The translations under genes and the position numbers were made by a program. Below, piece by piece: positions 49,662 through 58,571 of a stretch of DNA of 64,000 nucleotides. The notes beneath the pieces are model-generated. The model was given only the letters and a program-made list of their open reading frames with translations, was not told the DNA's origin and ran no database searches. The DNA comes from a virus, in IMG/VR virus record IMGVR_UViG_3300037507_005588, positions 1 to 64,000 of that record; one strand, given 5' to 3'. Positions within the stretch are counted from its first letter, which is position 1; each line of letters starts with the position of its first letter.

Positions 49662-50264
49662 TTATTCAATAATATTTTTCCAAGAATCCTTTTCATAACC
49701 CCACATTTCAAAGTCTTCGGTTCTTTTTTGATAAACAATGTCCGCCAATTCTTGAGTATAATAAGAATGATATGGTTTTTTGTATTGTTCCAAATAGTTG
49801 GTTTGCCAAGGTTTTTTACCATCTTGAATCATATCCAACAATTCTGACAATTCAGTTTGATTGTCTTTTATAAATGGTATTCGTAAAAGGTCTTGATATA
49901 AATTTTCATGTCTTACAAGATAATCAGGTTTGGTGTTGTACCTTTTGAGGGTCCCCAATTCATGCCAATTATTATCATAATTCAAATCCAAGAATTCGTT
50001 ATGGTTTCTAACGAAATCTGAAAAAGAAACCTTCTTATCTTTTGGAATGTCATCGGTACCGTTTCTTAAAATCCACCATGAGACAGTTCTTGAATAAGGA
50101 TTTCTAATGTTTAATATTATCGACCAACTTGGGTCAATAACTTCCATTCCATGACTTATTCCATAGTCAACGAAACCCAAATTGGTGGCAATCATAGATG
50201 TTGCTCTACTTGCCGTTCTTGGAGGACCCCACCAATGACATTTATATTTTTCAGAAATATACAT
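49662..50264 (-). CDS. sulfotransferase-like protein
   Basis: PPRTASR; RNPYSRTVS; paralogue of 51730-52329. Confidence 0.7.
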   Translation of the reverse strand: MYISEKYKCHWWGPPRTASRATSMIATNLGFVDYGISHGMEVIDPSWSIILNIRNPYSRTVSWWILRNGTDDIPKDKKVSFSDFVRNHNEFLDLNYDNNWHELGTLKRYNTKPDYLVRHENLYQDLLRIPFIKDNQTELSELLDMIQDGKKPWQTNYLEQYKKPYHSYYTQELADIVYQKRTEDFEMWGYEKDSWKNIIE

Positions 50265-50269
50265 GTGCG

Positions 50270-51088
50270 TTAAATCTTATCGTAGTTGAAATAAATAAAA
50301 TCTTTTTCAAATTTTTTATTAATCCAATCGATGTTTTCTTTACTGATATCTTCTAATCCAAATCTTTTTTCTGAGTAGTAGTGTGAACCTATGTTTGCAG
50401 ATTTGTTGATTCTTATTTTAGTATTGTAGTTAAACATAAGATTATCAAACTCTTCTTTCAAATTCTCCAATTTGATAACATGGGGTATAACTTTCTTGTC
50501 TTTGTAATATACAAAATCATACATAGTGTCAGATTTTATAATAGATTCTGAAACCCAAACATTAAACTCATCTTTGGTTGGTTTATATTGACTTCTGTTT
50601 TGAAATACAAGATTGAATGGGCAATAAGTCAAACTTAAAATTCTATCATAAGGGTTTCTTACTGTGGTAAACAATACCTTGTCTTTGATTAAGTCTGGAT
50701 TGTTCATAAAGTAATTTGATGGTGAATGATAACTATGGGGTGTTTCGTACCATTTTGACCACCTTACACCCCATTCATAACCAGTGTTTTCTATTGTAGA
50801 CCCACCACATTTTGGGATATGGATGTAATGTAGTTCAGTGGATTCTTCTCCTTTATGTGCGAAATAGTCTTGGACTATACGAATCTCTTTGCCAGGATAC
50901 ATTTTCAAAAATGAATGTCCAACCCAAGAGGAATAAGGTTTGATTGCTGGGTTGAAGACAGTTTCATGTAAAATATCCTCACCATACATCAGATTAATTA
51001 TAACCCCGTCATAATTTCTAGGAACTGTATATTTGCAATAAAATTCACCTGTTTCGCTGAAAATTTTTTCAAATGGAAGTGATTTCAT
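50270..51088 (-). CDS. sulfotransferase family 2 protein
   Basis: IHIPKCGGSTIE; VRNPYDRILS. Confidence 0.8.
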   Translation of the reverse strand: MKSLPFEKIFSETGEFYCKYTVPRNYDGVIINLMYGEDILHETVFNPAIKPYSSWVGHSFLKMYPGKEIRIVQDYFAHKGEESTELHYIHIPKCGGSTIENTGYEWGVRWSKWYETPHSYHSPSNYFMNNPDLIKDKVLFTTVRNPYDRILSLTYCPFNLVFQNRSQYKPTKDEFNVWVSESIIKSDTMYDFVYYKDKKVIPHVIKLENLKEEFDNLMFNYNTKIRINKSANIGSHYYSEKRFGLEDISKENIDWINKKFEKDFIYFNYDKI

Positions 51089-51242
51089 ATTTTGTATATT
51101 GTTGATATTATAACGGAATAAAAAAGATTGTCCATAAAAATTAACCGTAGTTAGTTTGGAAATTAGAATACTTATTGTATCTTTGTAGGGTTGAAACGGG
51201 GATAACACCCCGAAGGTCTTTGAAATGTTGGTGAAAAAAGTT

Positions 51243-51323
51243 GCCGAGGTGGTGGAATGGTAGACACGCTGGTCTTAGGAACCAGTGCTGTGAGGCGTGT
51301 GGGTTCGAGTCCCACCCTCGGTA
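51243..51323 (+). tRNA. tRNA-Leu(TAG)
   Basis: cloverleaf with long variable arm. Confidence 0.92.
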
Positions 51324-51329
51324 CAACTT

Positions 51330-51427
51330 GGTGTAGTAGCTCAGGAGGAATGCCCATATGACATTCCCATGGTAGAGCAGAGTCCTGAAAAAACTTGTGC
51401 CACGTGGTTCGAACCCCGTCTACACCA
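51330..51427 (+). tRNA. aberrant tRNA-Phe(GAA)-like RNA with hairpin inserted in the D-loop
   Basis: perfect acceptor GGTGTAG/CTACACC; D-stem GCTC/GAGC encloses GGAATG..CATTCC. Confidence 0.6.
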
Positions 51428-51433
51428 CAACCT

Positions 51434-51516
51434 TGGAAGGTGGGTGAGTGGTTAAAACCGGCAGACTGTAAATCTGCTCCCTTACGGGTACGGCGGTTCG
51501 AATCCGTCCCTTCCAA
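51434..51516 (+). tRNA. tRNA-Tyr(GTA)
   Basis: cloverleaf with long variable arm. Confidence 0.92.
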
Positions 51517-51575
51517 CAGCCTATTAGGGGGTTGTTCTCGATTGTAGGTGGGATTCCTACCCCGACTATCGTGTG

Positions 51576-51730
51576 GGTTGGTAGTACAAAGCGTAGGTTG
51601 ACAGACTGAGAGAGCAGTTCGCAAGGGTACACACTAAGAATTCTATTTCTCTCTAATGGTGTGTGAAGTTAGGCCATTCCGAGGTTGCTAAACGGGATTC
51701 CTGATAAAGTCAACTACTACCAACCTTTTT
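51576..51730 (+). ncRNA. unidentified structured RNA, about 150 nt
   Basis: 11-bp closing stem, 6-bp stem, internal hairpins, 3' T-run. Confidence 0.5.
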
Positions 51731-52329
51731 TATTTCACCAATGTTTTCCAAGAATTCGGGTCATACCCGAAATTATCAAACTCCAATTTTCTTTGACGGT
51801 AAACTATATTGGCCAATTCTTGGTCATAAAATTCGTAATAAGGTCTTTTAACTTCTTCAGGATAATCGTCCATCCAAGGTACGTCACCTTGATGTAATTT
51901 ATCAATTTCATTCTGTAACAAACTAGAATTATTCTTGATAAAAGGAACGTTCATTATATCTTCAGCAAAATTCTCGTACCTGATAACTCTATCGGGCATT
52001 CGGTTAAAAATTTGTAAGTAGTAAGAAGGTCCAATTTCAGGAGGTATACCATAGGTAGGTCTATCCAACTCCAACGTATGTTCTAAAAAAGTTGGAACTG
52101 GTCTATTATTTTTTTTTCGATTTTTGTAGATTAGAATCCACATAGACGCTGCAACAGCATATGGGTTTCTTGTATTAATTATCAATTCCCAATCATTTCT
52201 TACATTAACAACCACATGATGACCAAACAATTCATTGAAACCCAATTTATCCAAAAATTCCTTTGTCATACGACTTGCAGTTCTTGGAGGAAGTCCCCAT
52301 TGAGCTTCATATTTTGGTGAGTAATACAT
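51730..52329 (-). CDS. sulfotransferase-like protein
   Basis: PPRTASR; RNPYAVAAS. Confidence 0.7.
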   Translation of the reverse strand: MYYSPKYEAQWGLPPRTASRMTKEFLDKLGFNELFGHHVVVNVRNDWELIINTRNPYAVAASMWILIYKNRKKNNRPVPTFLEHTLELDRPTYGIPPEIGPSYYLQIFNRMPDRVIRYENFAEDIMNVPFIKNNSSLLQNEIDKLHQGDVPWMDDYPEEVKRPYYEFYDQELANIVYRQRKLEFDNFGYDPNSWKTLVK

Positions 52330-52436
52330 CCGTTTTAATTATAATTAAATTCCTTAATATTTTCGATTAGGTTATTTTGAATGATAAATTTTTTTTGTAT
52401 ATTTGTATATAGAAATCATTAATTGTTGTTTGAAAC

Positions 52437-52613
52437 ATGAAGCATCTGTATTATTTTCTTTTTACCGTGATTTACATGAGTTTGTTGGGTTTTATCATCT
52501 GGATGACTCAAAATCCTTGGTGGTTATTGGGAATTTTATTGATGCCTACAGCTAGTTTCGATGACGATGACAATGACGAAGAACCAACTAAAAACTCACA
52601 ACTCAATGGCTAA
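52437..52613 (+). CDS. small membrane protein
   Basis: 58-aa ORF read from sequence; two hydrophobic segments and acidic tail. Confidence 0.5.
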   Translation: MKHLYYFLFTVIYMSLLGFIIWMTQNPWWLLGILLMPTASFDDDDNDEEPTKNSQLNG

Positions 52614-53250
52614 ATATCAACTCCTTGTGAACGGATACGGACTCGATGGTTCCGCTCACACCTTAACTGATGAAGAAGTTCAAACCATCCTTTCTTTCAA
52701 GGAAAAAGAGGGACATAAAACTTTGGATGAAATGTACATGGACCTTCCTGAAATTTTGGAGGATTATGACCATTATATGACAAATTATTGGGTAACAACC
52801 ACAGCTATTGATTCTGAGAGACTTCATTTCGTACTCGTTGACGAGCAGGAGAATGTGGTTTGGGACGTTAAACAAGACGAAATGGACCGTTTTATGGAAA
52901 ATTTCGAATACCCCGAAAATGCTGATGACCATATAAAAGAAATTGATGCTTATCCTCATGAGGGTAAAGAAAATATTCTTTTGGTTTATGAGACTGTTAA
53001 AGGTACTATGTTCGGTTTCAATATTGAATCAGATGAACAACCAAAACCTTCAGACTTTGCAGTGACTGGACAATCAATGGAGACACCAAATTACGAAGAA
53101 CAGTTGATTGACAAGGTTTTCTTCAAGGGTCAAGAACTTGAACGAAATTACGATGAGGAACATTTTTGGGGTAAGAGTCTTACGGTAGAACTATTCACAA
53201 TGGATGACCTTGACAGTGATGATGATTGGGATGATGATGAAGAAGAATAG
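52606..53250 (+). CDS. acidic hypothetical protein
   Basis: ORF. Confidence 0.75.
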   Translation: MAKYQLLVNGYGLDGSAHTLTDEEVQTILSFKEKEGHKTLDEMYMDLPEILEDYDHYMTNYWVTTTAIDSERLHFVLVDEQENVVWDVKQDEMDRFMENFEYPENADDHIKEIDAYPHEGKENILLVYETVKGTMFGFNIESDEQPKPSDFAVTGQSMETPNYEEQLIDKVFFKGQELERNYDEEHFWGKSLTVELFTMDDLDSDDDWDDDEEE

Positions 53251-53277
53251 TTTTGTATATTTGTTAAAATTTTAATT

Positions 53278-53769
53278 ATGGGAACTAACTATTACCGGGT
53301 ACCCCAAGGACACGAAATGATTAAGCGGGAGCAAAAGCTCCGCATGCGGATTGATGAAATGGATTCAATTAATCCAGGACAAATTGAGCGGGGATTTCGT
53401 TCAATCTCAGTTGGTGAGTGGGTTTCTATTTCACCTTGGGAGGAGTTCTTGGAAGGAACCAACATCCACTTGGGTAAGCGAAGCTCTGGTTGGAAATTTC
53501 TTTGGAACTGGAACGACTCAGAATACTACAAGACCAAAGAAGAACTCTTTGAGTTTATCCGGAGTGGTCGTGTGGTTAACGAATACGGAGAACTTATAGA
53601 CCAAGAAGAGTTTATTCAAATGGCTCTTGAGTGGGGTCAGGAAGATGGATGGGACATTCAAACATACTATAAGGAACATCCTGAACACCGTACGAGTTCT
53701 CTTTCAAACAAAAAACAAGAGCAGTATCTTTATGGTCTTCGGGTTTCCACCCGTGTTGAGTTTTCATAA
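53278..53769 (+). CDS. conserved phage hypothetical protein
   Basis: MGTNYY..HLGKRSSGWKF..NEYG..EFS. Confidence 0.75.
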   Translation: MGTNYYRVPQGHEMIKREQKLRMRIDEMDSINPGQIERGFRSISVGEWVSISPWEEFLEGTNIHLGKRSSGWKFLWNWNDSEYYKTKEELFEFIRSGRVVNEYGELIDQEEFIQMALEWGQEDGWDIQTYYKEHPEHRTSSLSNKKQEQYLYGLRVSTRVEFS

Positions 53770-53782
53770 TTCTTTCTACTAC

Positions 53783-53806
53783 ACGGGGACTTCGGTCCCC
53801 GTTTTT
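53783..53806 (+). terminator. terminator-like hairpin directly before tRNA-Met
   Basis: ACGGGGAC-TTCG-GTCCCCGT-TTTT. Confidence 0.7.
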
Positions 53807-53808
53807 AT

Positions 53809-53882
53809 GGCAAGGTAGTTCAGTTGGTCAGAACACATGATTCATAACCATGAGGTCGGGAGTTCGATTCTCCCCCTTGCTA
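53809..53882 (+). tRNA. tRNA-Met(CAT), elongator
   Basis: cloverleaf; GGC start, paired 1-72. Confidence 0.8.
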
Positions 53883-53910
53883 CATCAAAAATTTTTATTA
53901 TATTTGCACT

Positions 53911-54489
53911 ATGAAAATCAGTAGAAAAGACCTTGAATGGTTCATCAAGAATATCCGAACTCACAGTGAGGGTAAAGAACTCACCGATGAACAATTGGTA
54001 GATGAACTTGCCACCTACATGGAGAGAAATCCAAGGTGTGTGGATATTCATGGTGTCAGTGACCCTGGTAGATTCTATTACTCGACTGTCGGATATGGAG
54101 TGTTCTCTTTGTTTGGTGAGAAATACCGAATGGGAAGAATTGAAATCTTTGATAGTCAAGACGAGTCAGGTTACGCTGTTGATGAGGGTATCTACACGAT
54201 GCCATTCGTAGCTGCGAATCAGTTCGAAGACTTCATTGACTCACTTGAGACCGATTTACCAATCCATATCTCAATTGGTTCTCATGAGTGGTGTGAAAAA
54301 GAGTGTGCCAAAGCTCTCGGATTTGAAAATCCCGATGAGATGAGGGACCCTGAAAAAATCCAAGCATTTCAAAGAAAGAAAAATGATGATTATGCGGTAG
54401 AACGTGGATTCAAAGATTTTGATGATTTGTGGACAAATAGTAAATTCGGTGGTAAAGCACCAAGTAACTTAAAAAACGAAGAAAAATGA
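53911..54489 (+). CDS. hypothetical protein
   Basis: 192-aa ORF after TATATTTG. Confidence 0.75.
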   Translation: MKISRKDLEWFIKNIRTHSEGKELTDEQLVDELATYMERNPRCVDIHGVSDPGRFYYSTVGYGVFSLFGEKYRMGRIEIFDSQDESGYAVDEGIYTMPFVAANQFEDFIDSLETDLPIHISIGSHEWCEKECAKALGFENPDEMRDPEKIQAFQRKKNDDYAVERGFKDFDDLWTNSKFGGKAPSNLKNEEK

Positions 54490-54582
54490 TTGTAATTGGT
54501 CTAATAGTAATTGTGCAGTTGTTTGCAATTCTAAAACAAATTGAGAAGGGGAACAACTCACCAACAAAACATCCAAAAGGAA

Positions 54583-54867
54583 ATGAATACAATAGAAGAT
54601 ATTGAAAAAGTAGTTAGTGGATTCTTGATGAAGAATCACAACGAACTTGGTTTGGGTGAATTTGATTTTGTCTACAACGAAGAAGTTATGGAACACGTTC
54701 ACAGTATTTGTGTGAGCATTTTGTGTACCAAACATGGTATCGGTTACCCTGGCGGAGGGTTCGTTCAAGCAGTTGTCAACAACGACTTGATGGGAGCTTT
54801 CGGTCGGGCGGACAGTATCAACAAAAAGTACATCGGTCTATACGTAAAACTTTTATACAATTATTAA
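54583..54867 (+). CDS. hypothetical protein
   Basis: PGGGFVQAVVNNDL..AFGRAD. Confidence 0.65.
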   Translation: MNTIEDIEKVVSGFLMKNHNELGLGEFDFVYNEEVMEHVHSICVSILCTKHGIGYPGGGFVQAVVNNDLMGAFGRADSINKKYIGLYVKLLYNY

Positions 54868-55094
54868 CAAAGTTCTGTCGCTCCACGGAGAGGAAACTCA
54901 GGACATCTCAGCTTAAGGTGGGAGATATAAGGATTACAACTTATAATGGTCAGTTATAAGTCCACATCATTATATCATAATTACCACCGAGGATGCAACC
55001 CAAAATAGTCCATGACGGTGAGCTGGTCGGACAAGGTGGGGGCCAAAAGATTAATGACAGATTAAATACAGAATCCTGGTTATACTTTGTTGAT
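54863..55094 (+). ncRNA. rnpB: RNase P RNA, minimal type-A-like
   Basis: GAGGAAACTCAGGA and ACAGAATCCTGGTTAT form P4 with bulged U; P1, P2, P3, P5, P6, P7 and P15-17 can all be paired. Confidence 0.88.
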
Positions 55095-55099
55095 TAAAC

Positions 55100-55171
55100 G
55101 CCCCCTTAGGCTAATGGATAAACCACTTCACTACGGATGAAGTTTTGGGAGTTCGAATCTCTCAGGGGGTA
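55100..55171 (+). tRNA. tRNA-Arg(ACG)
   Basis: cloverleaf. Confidence 0.9.
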
Positions 55172-55226
55172 CTGAAAAAAAGATTTGGATATTTATAAAA
55201 TCTTTCTTATCTTTGTACTATCAAAT

Positions 55227-55298
55227 GGCCCGGTCGTCTATCGGTCAGGACACGTCCCTTTCACGGATGAAAGCGGGGTTCGATTCCCCGTCGGGCTA
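55227..55298 (+). tRNA. tRNA-Glu(TTC)
   Basis: cloverleaf. Confidence 0.92.
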
Positions 55299-55304
55299 CA
55301 ACAT

Positions 55305-55376
55305 CGCGGGGTAGAGCAGTGGTAGCTTACGAGGCTCATAACCTCGGGGTCGGAGGTTCGAATCCTCCCCCCGCAA
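55305..55376 (+). tRNA. initiator tRNA-fMet(CAT)
   Basis: C1:A72 mismatch, CGCGGGG start. Confidence 0.9.
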
Positions 55377-55380
55377 CAAA

Positions 55381-55448
55381 GTAGACCTTCAAAAGGGCCC
55401 TTCCGTCTCTGCGTGAGCGGCTTGCTGGGCCCGGGTCTACCTCTTTTT
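55381..55448 (+). ncRNA. GC-rich bulged hairpin between tRNAs
   Basis: GTAGACCT/GGGTCTAC, GGGCCC/GGGCCC, CCG/CGG, CTC/GAG. Confidence 0.4.
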
Positions 55449-55450
55449 AA

Positions 55451-55523
55451 GCGAAAGTAGCTCAGTTGGTAGAGCATGACCTTGCCAAGGTCAGGGTCGC
55501 CGGTTCGAATCCGGTCTTTCGCT
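55451..55523 (+). tRNA. tRNA-Gly(GCC)
   Basis: cloverleaf; U73. Confidence 0.93.
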
Positions 55524-55528
55524 CGAAT

Positions 55529-55602
55529 AGTTGAGTAGCTCAGTGGTAGAGCAATCCCATTTATGGGATGTGACGCGATAGGTTCGATTCCTGCCTCAAC
55601 TA
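55529..55602 (+). tRNA. tRNA-like RNA without a canonical anticodon loop
   Basis: perfect acceptor and D arm; ATCCC-ATTTAT-GGGAT 6-nt loop; bulged T-stem. Confidence 0.6.
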
Positions 55603-55617
55603 CAAACCTATTTCATA

Positions 55618-56169
55618 ATGTCAAACTTATGTGAAAATATTATCTACTATGATAATTTTCGAGTCATACCAAATGTAATTAATGAACAAGAAGTTCAAGA
55701 ACTATTAAAATATTGGAATGGTATAACAATAGGTGTTTCGGTAAATATTAATAGATGGGATGTACACTCAACTACAAAAACAAAGATACAAGCATCCAAC
55801 CGTAATGTAGAAATTATTGGTATTCCGAATAACAAATTTGTTTTTTTAACTGAAAAACTTATTGAATGTTTTTCGTGTTTTATTGAAGACCCATCTTTAG
55901 AATCTCCACACTATTTCACTTATTATCCTGTTGGGGGTAAACACTCCAAACACAGAGATTCGGGACCTGAATTCAATCGGGACTTGGTCCTGACACTTTT
56001 TTTGAATGATGATTTCCAAGGAGGAGAATTGATAATCAATGGAGAAACTGCCCCTGTTAAAAAATATTCAGCAATTATTTACGATGGAAATTTGTTTCAT
56101 GAGGTAAAAAGTGTTACCTTTGGTGAAAGATTTGTAATAACTGAATGTGCTGGTAAAAAATTGAAATAA
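55618..56169 (+). CDS. 2OG-Fe(II) oxygenase
   Basis: KHRD..LFLNDDFQGGEL..HEV..GER. Confidence 0.8.
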   Translation: MSNLCENIIYYDNFRVIPNVINEQEVQELLKYWNGITIGVSVNINRWDVHSTTKTKIQASNRNVEIIGIPNNKFVFLTEKLIECFSCFIEDPSLESPHYFTYYPVGGKHSKHRDSGPEFNRDLVLTLFLNDDFQGGELIINGETAPVKKYSAIIYDGNLFHEVKSVTFGERFVITECAGKKLK

Positions 56170-56393
56170 TGAAAGCAATCTTAGAATTTAACCTACCTGA
56201 AGACGACCACGAATTCCAAATGGCAACTGGTGGTTCTAAATTCCATTCCGTTCTTTGGGATATGGACCAATATCTTCGAGGTAAAATTAAATACGCTCCT
56301 GATAATATGAGTGATGAAGAACTCAATGCTTTGGAACAATGTCGTAGTCAACTCCACGAGTTTATGGCAAGTTATAATGTTTCATTTGACTAA
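56169..56393 (+). CDS. conserved small phage protein
   Basis: MKAILEFNLPED..LR..KY. Confidence 0.7.
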   Translation: MKAILEFNLPEDDHEFQMATGGSKFHSVLWDMDQYLRGKIKYAPDNMSDEELNALEQCRSQLHEFMASYNVSFD

Positions 56394-56423
56394 GGAGATA
56401 TCTATAGTATAATTGAAACACAT

Positions 56424-56496
56424 AGGGATGTAGCGCAGATGGTAGCGCACCTGGTTTGGGACCAGGGGGTCGCAGGTTCGAGCCCTGTCATCCCTA
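56424..56496 (+). tRNA. tRNA-Pro(TGG)
   Basis: cloverleaf. Confidence 0.92.
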
Positions 56497-56687
56497 CAAA
56501 ATTTTAATCCTATGCCGTTTGTAATATTAAAAGAAACCACAATGATGAACCAAAAGGTAACGATTTTGGTCAATGACAGTGAAGGTATTCCGATGGAATT
56601 TGAGACCTTCGAACAAGCGGAAAAAATTGCCAAGTTGTTCGAATCCAATTCTTTGTTGGGAAATAAGTATACCGTCAAACAAATATC

Positions 56688-56963
56688 ATGAAAACTTGGT
56701 TGAAAGACAACGGTCCCGCTTTTTTGATTTTTTTAGGAATCATATGTTTATCTCTTTTGTTAATTTCCCTATCATCTTGTGACAGACCTACGAAAGATAA
56801 TGGTGTAATAGTCCAATGTGTTGTTGATAGTAGCTGGACGATTGGACCTGATGAAAACAATGTGAAATTTATCCGAACTCAGTGTGGACAAACTGTAATG
56901 ATGGATGGTATGGGAAACTATAAAATTGGTGATACTCTTATCTATGTCTACAAAGGAAATTGA
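56688..56963 (+). CDS. putative lipoprotein
   Basis: hydrophobic segment ending LSSC. Confidence 0.5.
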   Translation: MKTWLKDNGPAFLIFLGIICLSLLLISLSSCDRPTKDNGVIVQCVVDSSWTIGPDENNVKFIRTQCGQTVMMDGMGNYKIGDTLIYVYKGN

Positions 56964-57144
56964 TTTCAGTAAACAAAAATACAATAAGTTTGTTGGCGTT
57001 TCCCCCGAGGGAATGGTTTTGGTACCTTATGAGGTCTTGGAAATGTTGAAAGACTTTGATGTTTGGAAAGAATTCAAATATGCTGATAAAGATTGGATTG
57101 TTGAAAAATCTGCAGAAATTTTTTCAACAAGAGAACAAGTTTAG
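56944..57144 (+). CDS. hypothetical protein
   Basis: ORF. Confidence 0.5.
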   Translation: MSTKEIDFSKQKYNKFVGVSPEGMVLVPYEVLEMLKDFDVWKEFKYADKDWIVEKSAEIFSTREQV

Positions 57145-57185
57145 TTTGAAATTAATATTATTTGATATATATTTGTACAGTTATT

Positions 57186-57258
57186 GCCTCCATAGCTCAG
57201 CTGGTAGAGCCACTGATTTGTAATCAGTAGGTCGTTGGTTCGAATCCGACTGGAGGCT
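57186..57258 (+). tRNA. tRNA-Thr(TGT)
   Basis: cloverleaf. Confidence 0.93.
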
Positions 57259-57587
57259 CAGAATTTTCTAAATTTAATTAAATGAGTAAACTCAATTTGC
57301 AAAATCTTCCGTTGGATGACGAAGACAAAGGTCCGAAACCTCGTCAAGTTAAAAAACAAACGAAGGCACCAAAATTGACCGATAAAACAAAGAAGGGTAA
57401 AAATAAGTAATCATGGATTCCTCTGAAGATATTCACAACCAAATTATTGCCAAGGGCAATACAAGCGAATTGGTTGATATCTTACAAGATTTACCCAATT
57501 CCAAAGAACGAATATCAAAACCTGAGTTGTTTGTATGTCCATGGGATAATCAACATGGTGACACAACTTACTTCCGTTAATCTTTAT

Positions 57588-57663
57588 AGACGGATAGCTC
57601 AGGGGTGAGAGCAGGATGCTTATACCATCAAGGTCTTGGGTTCGATTCCCATTCCGTCTACCA
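57588..57663 (+). tRNA. tRNA-Ile(TAT) with encoded CCA
   Basis: GATG-CT-TAT-AC-CATC anticodon arm; A73-CCA. Confidence 0.8.
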
Positions 57664-57707
57664 ATATGTAATTTTGTAATTTAACAAACTTTTTGTATCT
57701 TTGTCTA

Positions 57708-58280
57708 ATGGAACATAAAAAACTTTCTTTTTGGGGAAAACTTCGGTTGTTTTGGCAATTCGAATATCGTTACTATCCACAGAACTTTGTGCGTGGTATC
57801 AAAAACCTAATCAAATGGGGTCCAGTAATTTGGAAGGACCGTGATTGGGATGATACATTTTTGTTCGAGATAATCAAGTTCAAACTATCTAATATGTCCG
57901 AGTCCCACGGTAAAACTATGCCATACGTGGGTTACGAACGTAACGTGGAAATCATGAACACAATTGTCAGACTTATTGAAAAGTTTCAGTCAGAACATTA
58001 TCTCCACGAGTATTTTTCCTACGTTGATGATGAATATACATTCGTAAAGATTGAAGGAAGTGATGACTATGAGATGAAAATCAAAAATCTTCGTGACGAT
58101 TTGGACGAGTATTTTACCAAATACCCCTTGTTGAAAAATAGAGCAACAAAACATAAGATTTACCAAAGTAATCCAAGTTCAGTACGTTTGGCAATGGCAA
58201 TGGGATTTGTGCAGCACGAACGGGCAAAAGGCCTTATCTTTGAACTTCTAAATCGTCACGTTGACAAGTGGTGGGAATAA
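57708..58280 (+). CDS. conserved phage hypothetical protein
   Basis: IWKDRDWD..KL..WWE. Confidence 0.75.
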   Translation: MEHKKLSFWGKLRLFWQFEYRYYPQNFVRGIKNLIKWGPVIWKDRDWDDTFLFEIIKFKLSNMSESHGKTMPYVGYERNVEIMNTIVRLIEKFQSEHYLHEYFSYVDDEYTFVKIEGSDDYEMKIKNLRDDLDEYFTKYPLLKNRATKHKIYQSNPSSVRLAMAMGFVQHERAKGLIFELLNRHVDKWWE

Positions 58281-58288
58281 ACAAATAA

Positions 58289-58361
<73 letters not shown>

Positions 58362-58380
58362 CAAATTTTTAATTTATAAA

Positions 58381-58566
58381 ATGAAACCTGTTATCTATCG
58401 TCCAAAATCAGACCGTGTGTTTGGTGGTGTGTGTAGTGGTTTGGCATACCACTATAACATTAATCCTCTAATATCCAGGGTAATCTTCTTCGGCTTGATT
58501 TTCACGCCATTCCCAATTATATTAATTTACTTTTTATTTTGGATGTTTATTCCATCAGGAGAGTAA
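58381..58566 (+). CDS. PspC domain protein
   Basis: YR..DRVFGGVCSGLA..P..R..Y..W.FIP. Confidence 0.85.
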   Translation: MKPVIYRPKSDRVFGGVCSGLAYHYNINPLISRVIFFGLIFTPFPIILIYFLFWMFIPSGE

Positions 58567-58571
58567 ATTTT

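Noticed and set aside
55529-55602. Ochre suppressor tRNA (TTA in the loop)
   Set aside because: The loop is 6 nt without canonical geometry, and TAA is the main stop codon here.
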